Origin: Dissulfurimicrobium hydrothermale
Lineage (GTDB): Bacteria; Desulfobacterota; Dissulfuribacteria; Dissulfuribacterales; Sh68
NCBI RefSeq assembly: GCF_022026155.1
Contig: NZ_CP085041.1
Coordinates: 70,306-94,305, forward strand
Reading direction: 5' to 3'
Length of the DNA stretch: 24,000 nt
A program made the translations under genes and the position numbers. The stretch's first letter is position 1; each line of letters starts with the position of its first letter. Positions 8,163-14,256 of this stretch are shown piece after piece. The notes under the pieces are model-generated. The model saw nothing but the letters and a program-made list of their open reading frames with translations. It searched no databases and was not told where the DNA came from.

Positions 8163-8569
8163 TTTATGACCTCCACCTGTGTACCGTGCGGAAGCAGTGT
8201 CGAGATGCGGACGTCGTCAGAGAGGTTGCCGATGGCGGACATCCCGAGACCAAGGCCCTTGTCCTCTGAAAAACCCGGTTCAAGGGCCTTTTCGAGGTCA
8301 ATTATCCCTGGGCCCGAATCCCTAGCTACAATCCTAATGCCGGTCCTTTTGCCCGTTTTCAGAACGCTCAGGCATATCTCGCCGCCGCCTCCAGCATGTC
8401 TCAGGATATTCTGCCCAAGCTCGTTTATAATGGTAAATATCTCCGTCCGCACCGGTTCCCTTATGCCCAATATCTTGAAAAACCCCCTCGCCTCCGCCCG
8501 GATCAGGCTCAGCCCATGGGCATGATCAACCACGGCGCAGGTCTCTTTCTCTATATCCAGCCCGAACAT
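8150..8569 (-). CDS. rsbT: RsbT-like serine kinase / anti-sigma regulatory factor (stand-alone HATPase)
   Basis: 139 aa with INELGQNILRHAGGGG, ARDSGPGI and GLGLGMSAI, ending in VEVIKW. The size and motifs match RsbT. It overlaps the downstream gene by 13 nt. Confidence 0.85.
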   Translation of the reverse strand: MFGLDIEKETCAVVDHAHGLSLIRAEARGFFKILGIREPVRTEIFTIINELGQNILRHAGGGGEICLSVLKTGKRTGIRIVARDSGPGIIDLEKALEPGFSEDKGLGLGMSAIGNLSDDVRISTLLPHGTQVEVIKWII

Positions 8570-8615
8570 CAGCAGACTATACTAAATATGGAAAGGACCT
8601 AAGCATATGCCGCCG

Positions 8616-8963
8616 TCACCTGTTCAGTTTTGCAAGCGCCTGTTCGACATCAAGTGCAAATCCCACCCCTTTCAACCTGATATCAAAGTCGATAAGGGTG
8701 AGGATCACCGGCGCCTGAAGCCCGGCCACCATGACCTTTGCCCTAAGAAGACTGAGGAACGAGACAAGCCCTGCCAGGTGTTCGGCAAGAAAGGTATCAA
8801 CTATCTCGACGTCATGGAGATCGATTATCACAGCCCTTGCATTTTTTTCAGCCACACGTTCGCCAAGGAGCCCGGTAAGGGACTTTATACTCCGGTCGTC
8901 AATCTCCTCCTGGACCGAAACCAGAAGGCAGTCACCCAGCGAAAAGATGGAAAATGGCTCCAT
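8616..8963 (-). CDS. rsbS: RsbS-like single-STAS stressosome scaffold protein
   Basis: 115 aa consisting only of a STAS domain. DLHDVEIVDTF matches the phosphorylatable DxxGxxxxDS/T loop, with Thr at the position of RsbS Ser59. Confidence 0.85.
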   Translation of the reverse strand: MEPFSIFSLGDCLLVSVQEEIDDRSIKSLTGLLGERVAEKNARAVIIDLHDVEIVDTFLAEHLAGLVSFLSLLRAKVMVAGLQAPVILTLIDFDIRLKGVGFALDVEQALAKLNR

Positions 8964-8969
8964 TGCGTG

Positions 8970-9842
8970 CTAACCCCGCCCAAGCTCTCCGTCAGTGACC
9001 AGATCTATAGAGCTCCTCTTCCTCTGTATCTCAACTATGGCCAGATGAAGGGCGTCGCTCATACGGCTACGTACCGTAATGTTGGACATATTCACGCCAA
9101 GGTGCGCCATGGTAAGGGCTATGTGCGGGGAGATGCCTGTAAGTATGGCCTCACTGCCCATCAGGCGCACGGCTTCCACCGTCTGCAGGAGCCGGTTCGC
9201 AACCTCCGTATCCACGGTCGGCACCCCTGTTATATCAATGATGACAAATGGGGACCTTGTGCGCTCGATGACCTCCAGGAGACGCTCCATGGCGAGACGC
9301 GCCCTGTGGCTATCTAGTGTCCCGATAAGCGGCAGGGCCAGTACACCTTCCCAGAGTTCTATCACCGGCGTGGAAAGCTCGAGTATCTCATCCTGTAGGT
9401 GGCGGATGTATTCCTCGCGCTTCTTTATAATCTCCTCCTGCTGCCGCTGGATCAGTTTCTCCTTTTCCAGGCGGTCCGAGATATCGATGAAGTGCTCGAC
9501 ACAGCCCACCACCTTGCCTTCGTGGTTTTTTAAAGGCCTGGCCGCATATTCTATGGGGATCTCTTTTCCGTCATGGCGGAGCACCGTCTGACCATGGCAG
9601 GCCTCGTCTGTATCTGTTGCGACAAGGCAGGCGCACTTGTCCGTGCCGCACATGGGGGTATCGAATATCTCGCTGCACTTGCGGTCAAAACAGTCCCCTG
9701 GCGTACGCCCCACCAGGGCTGCCGCGCCCTTGTTGATGATCTGGATATTGTGCTCAAGGTCTGTAACGAATATACCGGACGGGACGGCGTTTATGATCTC
9801 GAACATGAAGCCCTCATCGGCCTTGTAATCGGTTATATCCAT
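8970..9842 (-). CDS. rsbR: RsbR-like stressosome sensor: N-terminal Cys-rich PAS domain, coiled-coil linker and C-terminal STAS domain
   Basis: 290 aa. The PAS-like N-terminus (~1-125) contains 7 Cys. The STAS C-terminus has STPVIELWEGVLALPLIGTLD and IIDITGVPTVDT, the RsbR-type phospho-Thr loop. A strong RBS (AAAGGAGG) lies upstream, and rsbS follows after 6 nt. Confidence 0.85.
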   Translation of the reverse strand: MDITDYKADEGFMFEIINAVPSGIFVTDLEHNIQIINKGAAALVGRTPGDCFDRKCSEIFDTPMCGTDKCACLVATDTDEACHGQTVLRHDGKEIPIEYAARPLKNHEGKVVGCVEHFIDISDRLEKEKLIQRQQEEIIKKREEYIRHLQDEILELSTPVIELWEGVLALPLIGTLDSHRARLAMERLLEVIERTRSPFVIIDITGVPTVDTEVANRLLQTVEAVRLMGSEAILTGISPHIALTMAHLGVNMSNITVRSRMSDALHLAIVEIQRKRSSIDLVTDGELGRG

Positions 9843-9901
9843 TGCAGCACGCCTCCTTTAAGTTTTATATACATCCCCTCTAGGGCCTATATGTTTATAT
9901 C

Positions 9902-10091
9902 TCATAGAGAATCAAGTTCTATGTAGGCCTCTTTTTTACCCTTGTCTCTATCCATTTTTGCCTGTCTAAGGTCTTCTGTCACCTCGTTATCCAGATCCAA
10001 CCCCAACAATTCTTCCATTTCTATAATCCTTCCATGAAATAATTACCCCGGCAGGCCTGCCCTTTATAATTTTTTTATAAATAGTAAGCAT
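9902..10091 (-). pseudogene. Frameshifted, probably N-terminally truncated remnant of a small Phd/YefM-like antitoxin
   Basis: Hand translation. The first frame runs from ATG 10091 (RBS GGAGG at 10098-10103) and reads MLTIYKKIIKGRPAGVIISWKDY.... The +1 frame from ATG 10018 reads MEELLGLDLDNEVTEDLRQAKMDRDKGKKEAYIELDSL*. Deleting the single A at 10022 joins them into a 62-aa sequence that resembles the strand-then-helices layout of an antitoxin. No toxin gene is adjacent. Confidence 0.3.
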
Positions 10092-10136
10092 AATATCGCC
10101 TCCAACATTTTAAATTATAGCATAATTTTTATCTTA

Positions 10137-11762
10137 TCATGCCTTTTTTGGTATGCGCAGGGTGAATCTCGCCCCCTTGCCCTCTTCCGATTGAACACCT
10201 ATCTCTCCGCCCCATCCCTGAACGAGCCTATGGACTATCGCAAGCCCGAGGCCTGTTCCGTCCGGCCTTGTGGTGAAAAACGGGTCGAATATCCGGATGA
10301 GGTCATCCTTTTTAATACCGCAGCCATTGTCTTCGATGGTTATCATGACAACGCCGTCCTCCTCCATGGCCTTGACCTTGATCCTGCCCCCCTTGCCCTG
10401 TATAGCCTGATGTGCGTTCAAGATGATATTGAGTATGACCTGCCTGAACTGACCTGGATCAATATCCATAACGAGGTCATCAGGGATATCGATCTCAATC
10501 CCGACACCGGGATCTTTTGATGATCCGCCAGCCCCAGGCGCGGTCCTGCGCAAACCTGCAACGGCGAGGCTCGATTCAAACTCCCGCCGCACATTTATAC
10601 TGGCGCTCTCCCTGCCCTCGGGCCTTGCATAGAGCAGAAATGACCTGGTAAGTCCGTTCAGCCGCTCCGCCTCCCTTGCTATTATGTCAAAGAGCCGTTC
10701 GCCGTCCGGGTGCACAAGGCCCTGTTCCCTTAAAAATTCCACCGCCCCGGAAAGAGATGCAAGCGGGTTCCGGATCTCGTGCGCAAGCCCTGCCGCCATC
10801 CCGCCCAGTGCGGCGAGGCGATCCATACGCCTCAGCGCCTCTTCCCTGGCCTTTTCACCTGTGATGTCCTGAAATATGAGGCCAAAGCCCAACAGCCTCC
10901 CACCATCACCCAGGAGAGGGAAAGGCGACATACCCACTATCTTCGCCTGGCCGTCAGGCCCTTTGTGCCCGAGTTCAAGCCTCCCGCCCCTCACAGCCGC
11001 GCCCTTGTCGTCGAAAAGCCTCTTCGCGCCCTCAGGCCAGACCTCCGAAAGCGGCGCGCCGAGACGGTCCTGCACGTCTTTACCGAGTATCTGCACGGCT
11101 GAGCGGTTGACGGTAAGCACAAACCCGTTTTCATCTACAACTATAAGGCCCGAGCTCAGGCTGTCGGCCAGGTGGCGGTGGACCTCTTCTATCCTCTTCA
11201 GGTCAACAACCGCCCTTGAAAGCCTGGCCTCAGCGCGCATCAGGCGCTGGACAAGGAGTATCCCTAGAAACGCCGTAAGATTGAAGGCCGCCATGTGGAT
11301 AAAAAAGGTAAGCGCGGCGTCAATAATATCCCTTTCCCCGCTGACACCCCACAGGGATGCCATGGCGTAAAAGACGGTGCTCAAGAGGGCAGCCATGGTC
11401 CCTCCGACCCTGCCCTCGACTAGGCAGGCCGAGACTATGACCAGCGGATAGAGAAAGGTGAACGGGCTTGAGGTCCGGCCCGTCAAGAATATGGCAAGCC
11501 CCACCATCAGGGCGTCCAACGCGATCTGGGCCTTGAAGAGCCACTTTCCGCCCCTGCCAGCCCTGTACCAGAGGTTATAAAAGAGGGTAAGGAAAAGGGC
11601 CGCGCCTGTCAGCATGACCCCCCAGAGACGACCCTGCCCTCCGGCGAACTGCCCAGGCATGAAATAGCCTATCAGGGCGGCAAAGACGATCAGGAGCACC
11701 CTTACAGCAATGAGCCAGTAAAACCAGCGCGGTTCAATCGGGGCCTGTCCGCTAGAGGCCAT
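10137..11762 (-). CDS. Membrane sensor histidine kinase (polytopic PilS-like N-terminal domain, PAS, HisKA, HATPase_c)
   Basis: 541 aa. The first ~170 aa form about 6 hydrophobic helices. The H-box is LAHEIRNPLASL, the N-box is NAHQA, and the G-boxes are DNGCGI and GTGLGL. It overlaps the upstream RR gene by 11 nt. Confidence 0.9.
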   Translation of the reverse strand: MASSGQAPIEPRWFYWLIAVRVLLIVFAALIGYFMPGQFAGGQGRLWGVMLTGAALFLTLFYNLWYRAGRGGKWLFKAQIALDALMVGLAIFLTGRTSSPFTFLYPLVIVSACLVEGRVGGTMAALLSTVFYAMASLWGVSGERDIIDAALTFFIHMAAFNLTAFLGILLVQRLMRAEARLSRAVVDLKRIEEVHRHLADSLSSGLIVVDENGFVLTVNRSAVQILGKDVQDRLGAPLSEVWPEGAKRLFDDKGAAVRGGRLELGHKGPDGQAKIVGMSPFPLLGDGGRLLGFGLIFQDITGEKAREEALRRMDRLAALGGMAAGLAHEIRNPLASLSGAVEFLREQGLVHPDGERLFDIIAREAERLNGLTRSFLLYARPEGRESASINVRREFESSLAVAGLRRTAPGAGGSSKDPGVGIEIDIPDDLVMDIDPGQFRQVILNIILNAHQAIQGKGGRIKVKAMEEDGVVMITIEDNGCGIKKDDLIRIFDPFFTTRPDGTGLGLAIVHRLVQGWGGEIGVQSEEGKGARFTLRIPKKA

Positions 11763-13212
11763 GTTTTGCCAGCCTGTACCTGAAGGCGCGGAAATTCATG
11801 CCGAGGAGGGCCGCGGCCTCGGTCTTCACGCCGTTCGCCCTCTTCATGGCCTTCAAAAGGAGCCTCCTCTCGATCTCGGCCAGAAAGGCCTCCATATCCA
11901 GCCCTTCGTCAGGAATATCAGGGTCGATTTGCAGGGTGTCAGCATCTTTTGTATCAGGGTCTCTTTTGCCCCCCTCTTTAAATCTCGATATGGAGAGGCT
12001 GTCCGGCAGGATGAGATTCGAGGCCGCAAGCGTAACGCTGCGCTCGATGATGTTTTCAAGCTCCCGCACGTTTCCAGGGAAATGGTAGCCTGTCAGGGCC
12101 TCCATGGCATAGCTTGAGATGCCCTGTACCTCTTTGCCCTGTTCTTTGGAGTACTTGTCCAGAAAATATTGCACAAGAATGGGGATGTCCTCCGGGCGTT
12201 CCCTCAAGGGGGGCATGTGGATATGGATGACATTCAGCCTGAAGTACAGGTCTTCCCTGAAACGCCTTGCCATGACCTCTTCTTCGAGGTCCCTGTTCGT
12301 GGCGGATATGATCCTCACATCCACCCGGACCTCGCGCTCGCCGCCAAGGGGCGTAAAGGTCTTTTCCTGCACGACCCGCAGGAGCTTAGCCTGAAGCGCC
12401 ATTGAGAGCTCACCTATCTCGTCCAGGAAGATCGTACCCTTATCGGCCTGTGCAAAGAGACCACGCCTTGCCGCGAGCGCCCCTGTAAACGCCCCCCTTT
12501 CATGGCCAAAGAGCTCGCTCTCAAGGAGGTTCTCAGGTATACCGCTCGCATTCACCACCACAAAGGGCATCCCGGCCCGGTTTCCAAGGTTATGGATGGC
12601 CCTGGCTACAAGCTCCTTTCCCGTGCCGCTCTCCCCGGTTATGAGGACACTCGACGGGCTCGATGCAACCCTTGGTATGAGTTCAAAGATCTTGAGCATG
12701 GCCGGGCTTGCGGCAAGCATCCGGTCACACCTTGCCGCCTTCGGGGCCTTTTCAGGCAGATATGCCCCCACAGCCTCTGCGCCCCCCGAAACAGTGCCGC
12801 CCTTATTGCCTGCGTTGAACGAAACGGCCTGCCTTATCACCTTGCGTATCTCGTCTATGCGGAAGGGCTTGGTAATGTAGTCCAGGGCGCCCTCTTTCAT
12901 GGCCGAGACGGCCGAGTCCATGGAACCGAAGGCCGTGATGAGGATGACCGGCGTCTGCGGCCGCACCTTCTTGACCTCCCGAAGGAGCGCAACGCCGTCC
13001 ATGCCAGGCATGCGGATGTCGCTCAAGACCACCGAGACGTCGGCCCTGTCTTTCAATATCCCAAGGGCCTCATCACCCGAAGCAGCAAGGACCACGTCAT
13101 AACCATCTTTTTGAAGGAGTATCTCAAGAAACTCCCTCAGGCTCCGGTCGTCGTCCGCCACGAGGACCACAGGCCTGCCGGGGGACGGCGCTGCAAGTTT
13201 CGATTCCTTCAT
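11752..13212 (-). CDS. Sigma-54-dependent response regulator (NtrC family: REC, AAA+, Fis-type HTH)
   Basis: REC domain has VLVADDD...DIRMPGMDG. AAA+ domain has Walker A GESGTGKE and the GAFTGA sigma-54 contact loop. The C-terminal HTH reads AAALLGMNFRAFRYRLAKHGL. I prefer the start at ATG 13212 (MKESKLAA...); the track ORF extends to 13296. Confidence 0.9.
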   Translation of the reverse strand: MKESKLAAPSPGRPVVLVADDDRSLREFLEILLQKDGYDVVLAASGDEALGILKDRADVSVVLSDIRMPGMDGVALLREVKKVRPQTPVILITAFGSMDSAVSAMKEGALDYITKPFRIDEIRKVIRQAVSFNAGNKGGTVSGGAEAVGAYLPEKAPKAARCDRMLAASPAMLKIFELIPRVASSPSSVLITGESGTGKELVARAIHNLGNRAGMPFVVVNASGIPENLLESELFGHERGAFTGALAARRGLFAQADKGTIFLDEIGELSMALQAKLLRVVQEKTFTPLGGEREVRVDVRIISATNRDLEEEVMARRFREDLYFRLNVIHIHMPPLRERPEDIPILVQYFLDKYSKEQGKEVQGISSYAMEALTGYHFPGNVRELENIIERSVTLAASNLILPDSLSISRFKEGGKRDPDTKDADTLQIDPDIPDEGLDMEAFLAEIERRLLLKAMKRANGVKTEAAALLGMNFRAFRYRLAKHGL

Positions 13213-13367
13213 CGGCCACCGCTGTAACAAACTCGGGATATCGCGCTCCGCGCACCCGTGTCCAATATTTGATTTTATTTTACACCTAGACAACACAAAA
13301 AAACATGGTATTAAAATAGTAAAGATGCTGAGATTGCGTCCAGGGCCTTTGGTTGCTCAATTTTTTA

Positions 13368-13394
13368 TTGACAACTCAAAGGTTCCTGTATAAT
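13368..13394 (+). promoter_or_regulatory. Near-consensus sigma-70 promoter (TTGACA, then TGTATAAT)
   Basis: TTGACA at 13368-13373 and TATAAT at 13389-13394, giving a 15-nt spacer. An alternative reading is a TGn-extended ATAATA with a 16-nt spacer. It lies in the AT-rich divergent intergenic region, about 240 nt upstream of the next + strand ORF. Confidence 0.5.
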
Positions 13395-13477
13395 AACTTA
13401 ACTAAACAAGCAATCGCGCCGGCAATAAATGGGTCGGGATGTTGTTGATGATTTTTTGCTGGTCTATCAGAAAGATA

Positions 13478-13506
13478 TTGACAGCGTGTTTTGTTTGACA
13501 TAGTTT
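13478..13506 (+). promoter_or_regulatory. Second candidate sigma-70 promoter (TTGACA-N17-TAGTTT)
   Basis: TTGACA at 13478-13483, a 17-nt spacer and TAGTTT at 13501-13506. A second TTGACA lies at 13495-13500. Confidence 0.3.
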
Positions 13507-13631
13507 TGTGGCTGTATTACGGTTTTACAGTTATTCAGGCTGAAAGGCCCCCGATTTTAAACTAAAGGGTTCAGACAACCGAATAATATTAATCAGTATC
13601 AGTGTCGATCAAGGCGTAAAACAAACACGAC

Positions 13632-14108
13632 GTGAATACATTAAAAAACACAAAGATGACGACCGACGCCCGAAAGACGAGAATTTACCTGCTTACCTGC
13701 CTCCTGGCGATAGGGGTCTGCCTCTCGGCATGCGCTGGTCTTCAACAAAAGACCTCTGAAGAACGTCTCCTTTCAAGGGCCAGGTCCTACTGGGCTGCAG
13801 TGGCAGCGGGTGATTACGTCTCTGCATATCAATACGAAGAGGTCTCAAAGACAGGGGCCCAGCCCATAAGTGCATACGTGAGAAAGGCCGGGCTTATCTA
13901 TAAGTCCGCCGAAGTCACCGGCGCAAAGATCGAGGGTGACAGGGCGACGGTTGACGTCAAGATCGGCTATATCATACCTGCGATGGGTTCGCATGTGTTT
14001 AATACAGACGCCAAAGACGTCTGGCTTATAATAGATGGTGACTGGTACCATCACGCTGAAGGGATCATGAAAGATCTTAAACGGATTGAAAGCGGTGAAA
14101 AGCGATGA
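13632..14108 (+). CDS. Small lipoprotein of unknown function (possibly an NTF2/DUF4878-like fold)
   Basis: The signal peptide ends in the lipobox LSAC (…LLAIGVCLSAC|AG). The mature part has the pattern YWAAVAAGDY...ATVDVKI...WLIIDGDWYH, which is common in small NTF2-like lipoproteins. The start is either GTG 13632 or ATG 13656. Confidence 0.65.
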   Translation: MNTLKNTKMTTDARKTRIYLLTCLLAIGVCLSACAGLQQKTSEERLLSRARSYWAAVAAGDYVSAYQYEEVSKTGAQPISAYVRKAGLIYKSAEVTGAKIEGDRATVDVKIGYIIPAMGSHVFNTDAKDVWLIIDGDWYHHAEGIMKDLKRIESGEKR

Positions 14109-14173
14109 AAGGAGGTGGTAAGAGGGAGTGCAGGCCGATACAGGCAGGTCCGAAGGTTTACAGGTTTAACAGG

Positions 14174-14202
14174 TTGTAAGATTTCGATTTTTGGTCTAAG
14201 AT
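14174..14202 (+). promoter_or_regulatory. Candidate internal sigma-70 promoter (TTGTAA-N17-TAAGAT) upstream of the secreted-protein gene
   Basis: The hexamers are at 14174-14179 and 14197-14202 with a 17-nt spacer. Phased CAGG repeats lie immediately upstream. Confidence 0.35.
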
Positions 14203-14241
14203 TCAAAAAAGTTTCTCAAACAAGTCAAAAACAAACAAAAC

Positions 14242-14249
14242 AAGGAGGA
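14242..14249 (+). promoter_or_regulatory. Strong Shine-Dalgarno (AAGGAGGA) for the 14257 gene
   Basis: AAGGAGGA lies 7 nt upstream of ATG 14257. Confidence 0.7.
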
Positions 14250-14256
14250 TTTCAGG

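Noticed and set aside
10050-10061. The 12-nt palindrome GGCAGGCCTGCC followed by a T-rich run, considered as a terminator for the HK/RR operon or as a protein-binding site.
   Set aside because: As a hairpin it would form only a 4-bp stem with a 4-nt loop. It also lies inside the frameshifted antitoxin-like remnant, where it encodes GRPAG. The evidence is insufficient.
12478-12540. A stretch nearly identical at the nucleotide level to 22098-22160 (ccctgtaaacgccccc..ttcatg.cc.aagagctc), which could have been a dispersed repeat.
   Set aside because: Both copies sit at the same position in the two sigma-54 activator genes and encode ESELFGHE(K/R)GAFTGA. This is paralogous coding conservation, not a repeat element.
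13429-13503. A 24-codon ORF (MGRDVVDDFLLVYQKDIDSVFCLT*) in the long leader, considered as a leader peptide.
   Set aside because: It has no Shine-Dalgarno and no compositional or motif support, so it cannot be told apart from a chance ORF.
14109-14256. I looked for a c-di-GMP (GEMM) or other riboswitch upstream of the secreted-protein gene, because such genes often carry one in related anaerobes.
   Set aside because: The conserved GEMM cores (for example ACGCACAGGGCAAACC and GCAAAGC elements) are absent, and I saw no convincing conserved-looking helices.
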